Source: Clostridiales bacterium 38_11
GTDB taxonomy: Bacteria; Bacillota; Clostridia; Tissierellales; Dethiosulfatibacteraceae
Direction of reading: 5' to 3'
Assembly: GCA_001509345.1 (NCBI GenBank)
Contig: LGGM01000013.1
Coordinates: 846-32,845, forward strand
DNA length: 32,000 bases
Under the pieces are notes generated by a model that did not search any database, was not told where the DNA came from, and saw only the letters and a program-made list of their open reading frames with translations. Positions 8,455-16,910 of the stretch are shown here, in pieces. How positions within the stretch are numbered: position 1 is the stretch's first letter; each line of letters opens with the position of its first letter. Made by a program: the position numbers and the translations under genes.

Positions 8455-10671
8455 ATGGAAAATTATACAGGCATAATCGATGAGATAATTTATTATAATG
8501 AAGAGAATGGTTACACGGTCGGCATTCTTGAGACGGAAGATGATATCGTTACTTTCACCGGAATCTTTTCGAATCCGACGCAGGGAGAAAATCTTAAGAT
8601 TACAGGAAATTGGACTTTTCATAGAAGATATGGCAAACAATTTGATGTGGATAGCTTTGAATTGATACGTCCTGACACCCTGGATGGCATCAAAAAATAT
8701 CTGTCTTCCGGTCTAATCAAGGGAATCGGTAAATCAACAGCAAATAAGATTGTTGAACTCTTTGGAGACAAGACTTTGGAAATCATGCAATATCAACCTC
8801 AGAGAATTACAGAAGTGGAAGGCATAGGAGATAAAAAGGCCGAAATCATTATAGAGAGTTATAGAGAGCAGATTGAACTGAAGGAGATCATGATCTACCT
8901 TCAGAAGTATGGCATATCCCCATCATATAGTGTCAAGATTTTCAGACGATATGGCACTGACACCATAAAGAATGTAAAAGATAATCCATACAGACTGGCC
9001 GAAGAGATCCAAGGAATCGGTTTCAAACTGGCAGATAAGATAGCTGCGGCTATGGGTATCAGCAATAATTCTGAATTTAGGATAGAGGCAGGCATAAGAC
9101 ATGTGCTGATGGAGTCAGCCGGCGATGGGCACACCTATTTGAGCAAACATCATCTAAAAGAAAAGGCTGAAAAAGTATTGAGTGTAAAAATATCCTACAT
9201 AGATGCTGTCATATCCAACATGGCATTCAGGGGGCAGTTATTTGTCGAAAACATAGACGAATCTGACGCTATTTATTATATACCTTATTATTATGCTGAG
9301 ACAGGAACTGCCAACAAAATAACCAGTTTACATTTGAATTTTAAAAATAGATTTGATGGCAATCTGGAAGAAATTATAGAAGAGATTGAAAGAGAAAGCA
9401 TAAAACGGCTGACTGAGAAACAAAAGGAAAGTGTGGTCAAAGCAGTCAAGAATGGTGTTTCTGTTATAACCGGCGGACCCGGAACCGGAAAAACAACTGT
9501 CATTAACACATTGATCAAAGTGTTTGAAATAATGGGGAAAGAAACTGCGCTTTGCGCACCAACTGGAAGGGCTACGAAAAGGATAACCGAAACTTCCAAC
9601 AAAGAGGCAAAAACCATCCATAGATTGTTGGAGTATAATTTCAGTGAAGATACCAGCACCTTGTTTTTTAATAAAAATGAACACGCACCACTTGAATATG
9701 AGGTGATCATAGTAGATGAAGTGTCAATGGTTGATATTTTATTGATGAACTCACTCCTGAAAGCTATCGGGACAGGAAGTAGAATAGTTTTGGTGGGTGA
9801 TGTAGATCAGCTACCATCAGTTGGTGCTGGAAATGTGTTGCGTGATATTATCGAATCAGGGGTTATCCCAACAACTAAGCTTGACAAGGTATTCAGACAA
9901 TCCGAGAAGAGTCTGATCAAAATAAATGCGCACAATATCAATAATGGTGAAATGCCAATGTATAATATTAAAGAAGGGGATTTCTACTTCATCAAAGAAG
10001 AAGAAGGGAATATAGCCGACACAATTGTGTCGCTGTGCGCTGATCGCTTGACATCCCACTACGGATTCAATGGTATGGAAGAGATTCAAGTCCTCACACC
10101 AATGAAAAAAGGGATATCAGGAACCATTGAATTAAATAGAAGACTACAAGCCGCGCTAAATCCTCCATCTGATATCAAGACAGAAAAAAAAATTGGAGAT
10201 GTTGTTTATCGTGTAGGGGATAAGGTTATGCAAACAAAAAATAACTATCAGGTAAAATGGGAGATAGTAAATACCGGCAAGGAGACTGAAAAAGGCGAAG
10301 GTATCTTCAATGGAGACATAGGGCATATACGGTTTATCGATAATAAGGATGAATGTCTGTGGATTGAATTTGAGGAGAAGCGTGAGGTCAAGTACGATTT
10401 TACACAGTTGGATGAAATCATACTTGCCTATGCTGTCACCGTCCACAAAAGCCAGGGAAGCGAGTTTCCTGCTGTCATAATACCGGTTACATGGGCACCT
10501 CCTATGCTGTTGAACAGAAATTTGTTTTATACAGCAGTTACCAGAGCGCAGAAACTGGTCGTGTTGGTAGGTAATGAAAAATACCTCAGATTGATGATAC
10601 AAAACAATAAGACTTCCGAAAGGTATTCTGGATTGAAATTCAGATTATCACAAATAAAACAGTATTACTAA
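8455..10671 (+). CDS. recD2: RecD2-type (YrrC-like) ATP-dependent DNA helicase
   Basis: It has SF1 helicase motifs GGPGTGKTT, IIVDEVSMVD, VLVGDVDQLPSVGAG and AVTVHKSQGSEF. An N-terminal OB/HhH region (GIKKYLSSGLIKGIGKSTANKIV) is also present. The product is 738 aa. Confidence 0.9.
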   Translation: MENYTGIIDEIIYYNEENGYTVGILETEDDIVTFTGIFSNPTQGENLKITGNWTFHRRYGKQFDVDSFELIRPDTLDGIKKYLSSGLIKGIGKSTANKIVELFGDKTLEIMQYQPQRITEVEGIGDKKAEIIIESYREQIELKEIMIYLQKYGISPSYSVKIFRRYGTDTIKNVKDNPYRLAEEIQGIGFKLADKIAAAMGISNNSEFRIEAGIRHVLMESAGDGHTYLSKHHLKEKAEKVLSVKISYIDAVISNMAFRGQLFVENIDESDAIYYIPYYYAETGTANKITSLHLNFKNRFDGNLEEIIEEIERESIKRLTEKQKESVVKAVKNGVSVITGGPGTGKTTVINTLIKVFEIMGKETALCAPTGRATKRITETSNKEAKTIHRLLEYNFSEDTSTLFFNKNEHAPLEYEVIIVDEVSMVDILLMNSLLKAIGTGSRIVLVGDVDQLPSVGAGNVLRDIIESGVIPTTKLDKVFRQSEKSLIKINAHNINNGEMPMYNIKEGDFYFIKEEEGNIADTIVSLCADRLTSHYGFNGMEEIQVLTPMKKGISGTIELNRRLQAALNPPSDIKTEKKIGDVVYRVGDKVMQTKNNYQVKWEIVNTGKETEKGEGIFNGDIGHIRFIDNKDECLWIEFEEKREVKYDFTQLDEIILAYAVTVHKSQGSEFPAVIIPVTWAPPMLLNRNLFYTAVTRAQKLVVLVGNEKYLRLMIQNNKTSERYSGLKFRLSQIKQYY

Positions 10672-10684
10672 AGGATGTGAAGCT

Positions 10685-11392
10685 TTGATAGATAACATTT
10701 TAAGAGACATTGCGGAAATACTTCTACCCGAAAAAAACACCTGCCTTGTTTGTAGCTACAAAGCACCATATATACAGAAATCATATATTTGCATGTATTG
10801 TGAAAGTCTACTTTCAAGATTGGAAGGAGTTCTATGTGTCAAATGCTCAAAACCAATGGAGCATGATAGTGATTTATGCGGCGAGTGTGTCAAAATAGAG
10901 AAAGCTTTTGATAAAAGTCTGGCACTATTTGAATACAGGGATAAAACAAAAGCGCTCATCAATGATTTCAAATATCACAACAAATCCTACTTATATAAAA
11001 TGTTTGGTTATCAGATGGTGAAATTCCTGAAAGATACTGGTGTGACTAACATAAAGGCTGTAGTACCTGTACCCATTCATCAATCAAAGGAACTGAAAAG
11101 AGGATATAATCAATCCGAATTACTTGCAAGTTATATTTCTTTTAATTTAGGGCTACCTATGTTAAAATTAGTTAAGAGAAATAGAGACACAACACCGCAA
11201 AGCCGTCTGGAAGGATATGCAAGGTGGAATAATATGGCAGGAGCTTTTGATATTAGAGAAGGACTACCGGTACCTGACAAGATATTGTTGGTGGATGATA
11301 TTTATACGACTGGTGCAACTGTCAACGAGTGCTCCAAAGTGTTAAAACAAAATGGTGCAGAAGAAATAATATGCCTGGCTATTGCCAGGTAA
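10685..11392 (+). CDS. comFC: ComF-family protein (ComFC type, phosphoribosyltransferase fold)
   Basis: An N-terminal Cys-rich zinc finger (CLVC...CMYC...CVKC...CGEC) is followed by the PRT motif ILLVDDIYTTGAT. The start is a TTG, 13 nt after the recD2 stop. Confidence 0.85.
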   Translation: MIDNILRDIAEILLPEKNTCLVCSYKAPYIQKSYICMYCESLLSRLEGVLCVKCSKPMEHDSDLCGECVKIEKAFDKSLALFEYRDKTKALINDFKYHNKSYLYKMFGYQMVKFLKDTGVTNIKAVVPVPIHQSKELKRGYNQSELLASYISFNLGLPMLKLVKRNRDTTPQSRLEGYARWNNMAGAFDIREGLPVPDKILLVDDIYTTGATVNECSKVLKQNGAEEIICLAIAR

Positions 11393-11541
11393 GAGACAAT
11401 TGAATATTTATCAGATTAAAAATAGAAAGACACCAGTTATCCACACAAAAAAGCTTTAAAGTACGACTTGTCAACAGGTTTATCAACAGACGTTTAAAAC
11501 CTTTTATGCATAAATAAACGATCGGCATACATTATTAACTA

Positions 11542-11571
11542 AGTTTTTAAACCCTTATATCTGGGTATAAA
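11542..11571 (+). promoter_or_regulatory. candidate SigB-type (general stress) promoter upstream of hpf
   Basis: AGTTTTTAA (11542-11550) is followed after 12 nt by GGGTATAAA (11563-11571). This resembles GTTTAA-N12-14-GGGTAT. No good sigma-A promoter is visible in the 210-nt gap. Confidence 0.3.
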
Positions 11572-11603
11572 ATAAATACAAACAATAGAAAGGGGACTGA
11601 CGT

Positions 11604-12131
11604 ATGAATACTAAAATATTTGGTAAAAACATCAGTGTCACTGATAATTTAAGGGACACAGTAGAAAAGAAAATCTCAAAACTCGATAAATTCTTCTATA
11701 AGGATGTGGAAGTCAATGTTGTTTTAAGCGTTGAAAAGTTGAGACAGATTATTGAGATCACAGTGCCTTTTGCAGGAACAGTCATAAGAGCTGAGGAAGT
11801 AACAGATGATATGTACAGCTCAATAGATAGTGCTGTAGATGCCATGGAAAGACAAATCAGAAAGCATAAGACCAAATTGCAGAGCAAAAAACACGGCCAG
11901 AATACGATTAGATTTGAGAACATCGAGCCACTTGATATTGAAGAGGAAGATCTGAAGATAGTTAAAACCAAAAGATTTGCTGTTAAGCCAATGAGCGTCG
12001 AGGAAGCTGCATTGCAAATGGACTTGGTCAATCACAATTTCTATGTTTTTCTGAATGCAGATACGGAAGAAGTCAATGTAGTCTACAAGAGAAAAGATAA
12101 TAACGTAGGATTGATTGAACCGGAGTATTGA
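11604..12131 (+). CDS. hpf: ribosome hibernation promoting factor, long form
   Basis: The N-terminal sigma-54-modulation/S30AE domain (ITDNLRDTVEKKISKLDKFF) is joined to a C-terminal dimerisation domain (KPMSVEEAALQMDLVNHNFYVFLNADTEEVNVVYKRKDNNVGLIEP). Confidence 0.93.
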   Translation: MNTKIFGKNISVTDNLRDTVEKKISKLDKFFYKDVEVNVVLSVEKLRQIIEITVPFAGTVIRAEEVTDDMYSSIDSAVDAMERQIRKHKTKLQSKKHGQNTIRFENIEPLDIEEEDLKIVKTKRFAVKPMSVEEAALQMDLVNHNFYVFLNADTEEVNVVYKRKDNNVGLIEPEY

Positions 12132-12147
12132 TCTGAATAGTGCATTG

Positions 12148-12177
12148 AAAAGCCTGACAGGTTATGTCAGGCTTTTG
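12148..12177 (+). terminator. intrinsic terminator after hpf
   Basis: AGCCTGAC (12151-12158) pairs with GTCAGGCT (12166-12173). It has an A-run before and TTTT after. Confidence 0.85.
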
Positions 12178-12201
12178 TAATGATCAAATGAAGATGGAAT
12201 C

Positions 12202-12230
12202 TTGAAGTTGGATTTGAATTGATATATAAT
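12202..12230 (+). promoter_or_regulatory. sigma-A-type promoter
   Basis: TTGAAG (12202-12207), a 17-nt spacer, then TATAAT (12225-12230). It lies about 38 nt upstream of the TTG start at 12268. Confidence 0.55.
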
Positions 12231-12267
12231 AAGTGAGTTAGCTTTATATCAATCAGGAGGAATCAAA

Positions 12268-12855
12268 TTGTTTCTATATGCGGTCATCATTGGTTTGATA
12301 ATTGGAAAACTAAGAAAGGGAAAGTTGGAAAAAATCGGCTATTTAACGATCCAGTATCCACTGCTTATTGTGATAGGCATTTTATTTCAGTTATTTGTTT
12401 TTATACTGAACATAGGGCTGTCTGATTTAGGCAACAATATAAGAGATGGTATACTAATTGCTTCATACATATTGATTATGTCTGGCATATTATCCAATAG
12501 GTCCATTAAATTTATGCTCTTGTTTTTTGTGGGAGCTGCATATAATTTCATTATCCTGATACTCAACGGCGTAAAGGTTGGAATTACCGCAACAACAGCG
12601 GGAAAGGCATTCGGTCCGGAGATACTCGAATTGATCAGCACAGGCTATGTAAGATACTTTACCATCATTCCGGAATCCAAGTTTTATATGGGAGCTTTTT
12701 TATCGCTTGAAGGCATATTTATTTACCCGATTGTCTTGACTATTGGAGACATTATTTTGTTTTTTGCAACTGTTATTTTTATACAGTATGCCATGACCGA
12801 CAGAAGCATAAGAAAAGGATCACATATAAGGTATTCAAGAAATCTATTCAGATGA
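12268..12855 (+). CDS. integral membrane protein of unknown function (resembles DUF5317)
   Basis: About 6 predicted TM helices with no catalytic motif. RBS CAGGAGGA precedes the TTG start. The family name is from memory only. Confidence 0.55.
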   Translation: MFLYAVIIGLIIGKLRKGKLEKIGYLTIQYPLLIVIGILFQLFVFILNIGLSDLGNNIRDGILIASYILIMSGILSNRSIKFMLLFFVGAAYNFIILILNGVKVGITATTAGKAFGPEILELISTGYVRYFTIIPESKFYMGAFLSLEGIFIYPIVLTIGDIILFFATVIFIQYAMTDRSIRKGSHIRYSRNLFR

Positions 12856-12900
12856 TTCACCAGACAACAAATATCAAACATTGACAACGGAGGAGACATC

Positions 12901-14508
12901 ATGTCCGAAAACAACTTTTTAAAGGGTGCTGCCGTTCTGGGAACTGCAGGTTTGATTGTTAAAATAATAGGTGCTATATACAGAATTCCACTGACTAATC
13001 TTATAGGAACAGAGGGCATAGGCTATTTTCAGCCTGCTTATCAGGTATACAACCTGCTACTTGTCATATCACTTGCTGGTTTTCCAACAGCTGTCGCTAG
13101 GTTGGTATCTGAGAAAATGGCTCTTGAAAATCCACAAGGCGCGCATCAGATTTTCAGACTCTCAATGAGAGTTATTTTAGTTATTAGTGTTGTTTCATCA
13201 TTAACTGTTCTTGTTTTTGCAAAAGGCATAGCACAGGCAATCGGGTATCCCGGAACCTACTATTCTTTGCTGGGATTGGTGCCGGCCTTGTTGATTGTAC
13301 CTATCATGAGTGTATACAGAGGTTATTTTCAAGGTATGCAGAACATGATTCCAACAGCTTTGTCCCAGGTTCTGGAACAATTGGTCAGGTTTGCGGTTGG
13401 ATTGTCTTTCGCCTATGTGTTGTTAAATTCAAGCCCCCAGAAGGCTGCTGGAGGGGCATCTTTTGGTGCTTCAGCAGGTGGAATTGCAGGGCTTATATTG
13501 ATCCTGTTCATTTACGCTAAACAGAGGAAAAACATCCATGAAAGAATTGATACTGCTGAAAATAATACTTTAGAGGAACCACGGAGAGTCATAAGAAAAC
13601 TGTTGGCTATAGCCATTCCTATAACACTTGGGGCTTCAATTGTTCCTTTTATGGGTCTTATAGACGCTAAATTGGTATCTATGAGATTGGCACAGATAGG
13701 TTACTCGGTGATTGAGATTACAGATTTATACGGTCAATTGAGTGGTACAGCTCAAACATTCATTAATTTCCCTCAGGTTTTTTCCATAGCGATAGCCATG
13801 AGTCTTGTACCAAGCATCTCAAATGCCTATACCAGAAGAGACAAAGAGGCATTAAACCAAACTACCGATTTGGGAATGCGGACCTCACTGATTATAGGTC
13901 TTCCATCAGCGTTTGGTCTATATATTCTTGCTGAACCAATTATCAAACTATTCTACCCTGCATTGGGACCCGAAAAACACAAAAGTGTGGGACAATTGTT
14001 AGCTATATTGGCAATCAGCGTTATATTTCTAACAGTGGTACAGTCGCTCACTGCTATATTACAGGCAGTAGACAAGCAAAGAATTCCAGTTAAGAACCTA
14101 GCAATAGGTGCGATAGTGAAAATTGTTCTGACCTATATCTTGGTTGGCATTCCTTCCTTAAATGTCAAAGGTGCTGCTCTGAGTACAATAGCGGCTTATC
14201 TGACAGCTGCGACTCTTAATTATTGGGATATCAACAAATATACAGAAGTGAAGGTAAAACTGTTAAGAATTGCTTTCAGACCGCTTATTGCGTCATCGAT
14301 CATGGGAGTGGTTGTATACACTGTCTATCATAGTGGCGCAGGCATCATAGGTGCTAAACTATCAGCTTTGATTGCAATCTTAGTCGGTGTTGTGGTCTAT
14401 TTTGTTGCACTACCGATTACCGGTACAATTAACAAAAAAGATATGGATTTGCTACCCAAAGGCGAAAAACTATATCAGCTTATGAATAAACTAAAACTGA
14501 TGAAATAG
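12901..14508 (+). CDS. MOP-superfamily flippase, SpoVB/YabM/MurJ-like (polysaccharide or lipid II export)
   Basis: The product is 535 aa with about 14 TM helices. The N-terminus KGAAVLGTAGLIVKIIGAIYRIPLTNLIGTEGIGYF is typical of the family. It sits directly upstream of yabN, as B. subtilis yabM does. Confidence 0.85.
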   Translation: MSENNFLKGAAVLGTAGLIVKIIGAIYRIPLTNLIGTEGIGYFQPAYQVYNLLLVISLAGFPTAVARLVSEKMALENPQGAHQIFRLSMRVILVISVVSSLTVLVFAKGIAQAIGYPGTYYSLLGLVPALLIVPIMSVYRGYFQGMQNMIPTALSQVLEQLVRFAVGLSFAYVLLNSSPQKAAGGASFGASAGGIAGLILILFIYAKQRKNIHERIDTAENNTLEEPRRVIRKLLAIAIPITLGASIVPFMGLIDAKLVSMRLAQIGYSVIEITDLYGQLSGTAQTFINFPQVFSIAIAMSLVPSISNAYTRRDKEALNQTTDLGMRTSLIIGLPSAFGLYILAEPIIKLFYPALGPEKHKSVGQLLAILAISVIFLTVVQSLTAILQAVDKQRIPVKNLAIGAIVKIVLTYILVGIPSLNVKGAALSTIAAYLTAATLNYWDINKYTEVKVKLLRIAFRPLIASSIMGVVVYTVYHSGAGIIGAKLSALIAILVGVVVYFVALPITGTINKKDMDLLPKGEKLYQLMNKLKLMK

Positions 14509-14516
14509 GTGATATC

Positions 14517-15941
14517 ATGCATAAACTACAGATTGTAGGATTAGGAACAGGGAATTTGGGAGATTTGAGCTACAAAGCCTACACCTTAATCAATAGCGAA
14601 AAACCAAAATTCGCTAGGACTATCAGGCATCCTGTTTTGCTGGAAAACAGCTTCAAAAACTTGCAAGCCTTTGATGAAATCTTTGAGCAGGAAGACAATC
14701 TTGAGAAAGTCTATGAGACAATCAAGAACAGAATTGATCTTGCATTGGAAAAACACGGTGAGATTATTTACATAGTACCTGGATCCCCATATATTGGAGA
14801 TTGGATTACGGATAGTTATATGTCCCGAGTCAATGACTTGGTGATAGAAATTATAGATGGCCCCAGTTTCGTTGACAAGGCAATCAAGATGACAGGTTCT
14901 CAAAATGCCAGGTTCAATATCATCGATGGGCACAAGGTTGGCAAATACGATTTTGATATACATTCCAATAATATTATTTGTGGAGTCGAAAACCAAGCGC
15001 TTGCTTCTAAAATTAAAATTGAACTGACAGAAATATATCCGGATGACATGAACGTCTTTTTTATGGACATATTAAAAAACAAAAGAGAACAAATTTCATT
15101 ATTCGAGTTGGATAGACAACAAAATTACGACTATTCCACATATATTTTTGTTGAAAGTATTGATATTACAATGTTAGACATGTATAATATAAATGATTTG
15201 AAAAACCTTATGATTTTATTAAGAGGTCCGGATGGGTGTCCATGGGACAGAAAGCAAACGCACATGTCTTTGAGAGAATGTGTCATTGAAGAAGCCTATG
15301 AGGTTGTGGACGCCATTGAAAACGATGATCTCGACAATTTGGTTGAAGAATTAGGTGATTTGCTGCTACAAGTCGTATTCCATTCACAGATAGCGGCAGA
15401 GGAAGGTTATTTCCACTTCGAAGACGTGATTGCGGGCATCTGTAAAAAACTTTATGCAAGACATCCTCATGTATTTCGTGATGAGCATGCCAATGATGAT
15501 ACAGAAGCGAAATTGAACTGGGATGAGATAAAACAGAAGGAGAAAAAAGTCTCTTCCTACACAGAAAGGATTTCAAACATTCCAAAATCCATGTCACCTT
15601 TGTCCAGAGGCTATAAAATCCAAAGCAAGGTAGCTGAAGTGGGATTTGATTGGCCGGATGCATCCGGTGCTGTTCTTAAAGTGAAGGAAGAGATTGAAGA
15701 GCTTATGGAAGCCTATCAGACAATGGACACGGAAAGAATTGAAGATGAACTCGGGGATTTGATTTTTGCGATTATAAATTTTGCAAGATTCATGAAAATC
15801 AACCCGGACATAGCGTTGAGCAGGGCAAACAAGAAGTTTATTAGAAGATTTGAGTTTATAGAAAAGAATTCCCCAAAAGATCTGAAAGATATGACTTTGG
15901 AAGAAATGGATTATTTGTGGGAGTTATCAAAAAGGCATTAA
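14517..15941 (+). CDS. mazG: YabN-type fusion: tetrapyrrole-methylase-like N-domain plus tandem MazG NTP pyrophosphohydrolase domains
   Basis: The N-terminus LQIVGLGTGNLGDLS is methylase-like. Two MazG repeats follow, with EExYEVVDAIE...ELGDLLLQVVFH and EEIEELMEA...ELGDLIFAIINFAR. Confidence 0.85.
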   Translation: MHKLQIVGLGTGNLGDLSYKAYTLINSEKPKFARTIRHPVLLENSFKNLQAFDEIFEQEDNLEKVYETIKNRIDLALEKHGEIIYIVPGSPYIGDWITDSYMSRVNDLVIEIIDGPSFVDKAIKMTGSQNARFNIIDGHKVGKYDFDIHSNNIICGVENQALASKIKIELTEIYPDDMNVFFMDILKNKREQISLFELDRQQNYDYSTYIFVESIDITMLDMYNINDLKNLMILLRGPDGCPWDRKQTHMSLRECVIEEAYEVVDAIENDDLDNLVEELGDLLLQVVFHSQIAAEEGYFHFEDVIAGICKKLYARHPHVFRDEHANDDTEAKLNWDEIKQKEKKVSSYTERISNIPKSMSPLSRGYKIQSKVAEVGFDWPDASGAVLKVKEEIEELMEAYQTMDTERIEDELGDLIFAIINFARFMKINPDIALSRANKKFIRRFEFIEKNSPKDLKDMTLEEMDYLWELSKRH

Positions 15942-15955
15942 TTCCATATGGAATT
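15940..15955. repeat. perfect 16-bp palindrome AATTCCATATGGAATT
   Basis: Read directly from the sequence. It overlaps the last bases of the yabN stop codon and lies 35 nt upstream of the hup start. Confidence 0.9.
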
Positions 15956-15989
15956 TGCAATATTAAAATATTTTAAGGAGGGTTTTATT

Positions 15990-16268
15990 GTGAATAAAGC
16001 TGAATTAGTTGCAAGTATCGCTGAACAGACAGGATTTACGAAAAAAGACGCAGAGGTTGCTTTAAATGCTTTCATGGAAACAGTTAAAGCTGAATTGGTT
16101 AAAGGTAAAAAAGTCCAGTTAGTAGGATTTGGAACATTCGAGGTTAGAAGCAGAAAAGAAAGAAAAGGCAGAAACCCAAGAGACCCAAAGCAAACTATCG
16201 AAATTCCTGCATCTACTGCACCGGTATTTAAGGCAGGCAAATCATTAAAAGAAGCGGTTAACAAATAA
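15990..16268 (+). CDS. hup: DNA-binding protein HU
   Basis: (V)NKAELVASIAEQTGFTKKDAEVALNAF...GFGTFEVRSRKERKGRNPRDPKQTIEIPASTAPVFKAGKSLKEAV is canonical HU. I moved the start to the GTG at 15990, which has AAGGAGG at 15975-15981. This gives 92 aa. Confidence 0.93.
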   Translation: MNKAELVASIAEQTGFTKKDAEVALNAFMETVKAELVKGKKVQLVGFGTFEVRSRKERKGRNPRDPKQTIEIPASTAPVFKAGKSLKEAVNK

Positions 16269-16285
16269 GATTGATTAATGATAAA

Positions 16286-16313
16286 ATCAGACCTTGAATA
16301 CGGTCTGATTTTT
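16286..16313 (+). terminator. intrinsic terminator after hup
   Basis: ATCAGACC (16286-16293) pairs with GGTCTGAT (16302-16309), followed by TTTTT. Confidence 0.85.
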
Positions 16314-16343
16314 ATTTTAAGTTAGAATCAGTATGGAGGATCG

Positions 16344-16583
16344 ATGAGAATAGATAAGTTTCTTAAAAATGCTCGAATCATTAAAAGAAGAACAATTGCT
16401 AAAGAAGCCTGTGAAAATGGCAGAATCAGTATAAACGGAAAGGAAGCAAAGCCTGGAAGTGAAGTGGCAATCAATGATCAGATTGATATCAGATTTGGTG
16501 ATAAAACTATGAAGATCATAGTGGAGCGATTGAGTGAGCATGTCCCGAAGGACAGCTCTTCAGAGATGTATAGAATTCTGTAG
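16344..16583 (+). CDS. yabO: S4-domain RNA-binding protein (YabO/Hsp15-like)
   Basis: MRIDKFLKNARIIKRRTIAKEACENGRISINGKEAKP is a typical S4 alpha-L motif. The product is 79 aa. RBS is GGAGG. Confidence 0.85.
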   Translation: MRIDKFLKNARIIKRRTIAKEACENGRISINGKEAKPGSEVAINDQIDIRFGDKTMKIIVERLSEHVPKDSSSEMYRIL

Positions 16584-16599
16584 TAATGGTTGCTATTGC

Positions 16600-16628
16600 T
16601 TGACAAGACAATCAAATTATTATATATT
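16600..16628 (+). promoter_or_regulatory. sigma-A-type promoter for the metG leader
   Basis: TTGACA (16600-16605), a 17-nt spacer, then TATATT (16623-16628). Confidence 0.65.
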
Positions 16629-16634
16629 CTAAAT

Positions 16635-16884
16635 GTTAATATTAAAAGCATTGAAGGGAAGAGTAATCTCTGAGTTATTCCAAAGAGAGCCGGGGTAGGT
16701 GAAAACCGGTGTTTATGAAAGAGATGAAAATGGTCTCGGAGTTTCGTGCCTGAAGGTGATTAGGGCATGGCGTCTGGTCCGCGTTAAGGATGGGTTTAAA
16801 ACCTTAAGGTGGATTTCGTGAGGAATCCATGAAATAGAGTGGTAACACGGATAACTTCGTCTCTTATGCTTATAAGAGACGTTT
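16635..16884 (+). promoter_or_regulatory. T-box riboswitch leader, predicted methionine (AUG) specifier
   Basis: AGAGAG is at 16684-16689 and the distal loop GGTGAAA at 16698-16704. ATG followed by A lies at 16724-16727, and another ATG lies at 16715. The T-box sequence AGAGTGGTAACACGG is at 16836-16850 and is followed by a terminator hairpin. The leader is directly upstream of metG. Confidence 0.85.
16858..16884 (+). terminator. attenuator hairpin of the Met T-box
   Basis: A 10-bp stem, CGTCTCTTAT (16858-16867) with ATAAGAGACG (16872-16881), has a 4-nt loop and only a short TTT tract. Confidence 0.7.
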
Positions 16885-16910
16885 ACTATTGAGTAAAGGG
16901 AAGGTAATCT

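Noticed and set aside
8455-10671. Large SF1 helicase as a defence or mobile-element helicase.
   Set aside because: The domain order and motifs match housekeeping RecD2/YrrC. It is followed by comFC and hpf, and there is no nuclease or methylase partner.
11476-11505. AGGTTT ... AAACCT hairpin followed by TTTT as a comFC terminator.
   Set aside because: The stem has only 6 AU-rich base pairs with a 14-nt loop. That is too weak to call.
14517-15941. MazG as a toxin-antitoxin-linked or phage-derived pyrophosphohydrolase.
   Set aside because: It has the YabN architecture (methylase-like domain plus tandem MazG) and sits in the conserved yabM-yabN-yabO context.
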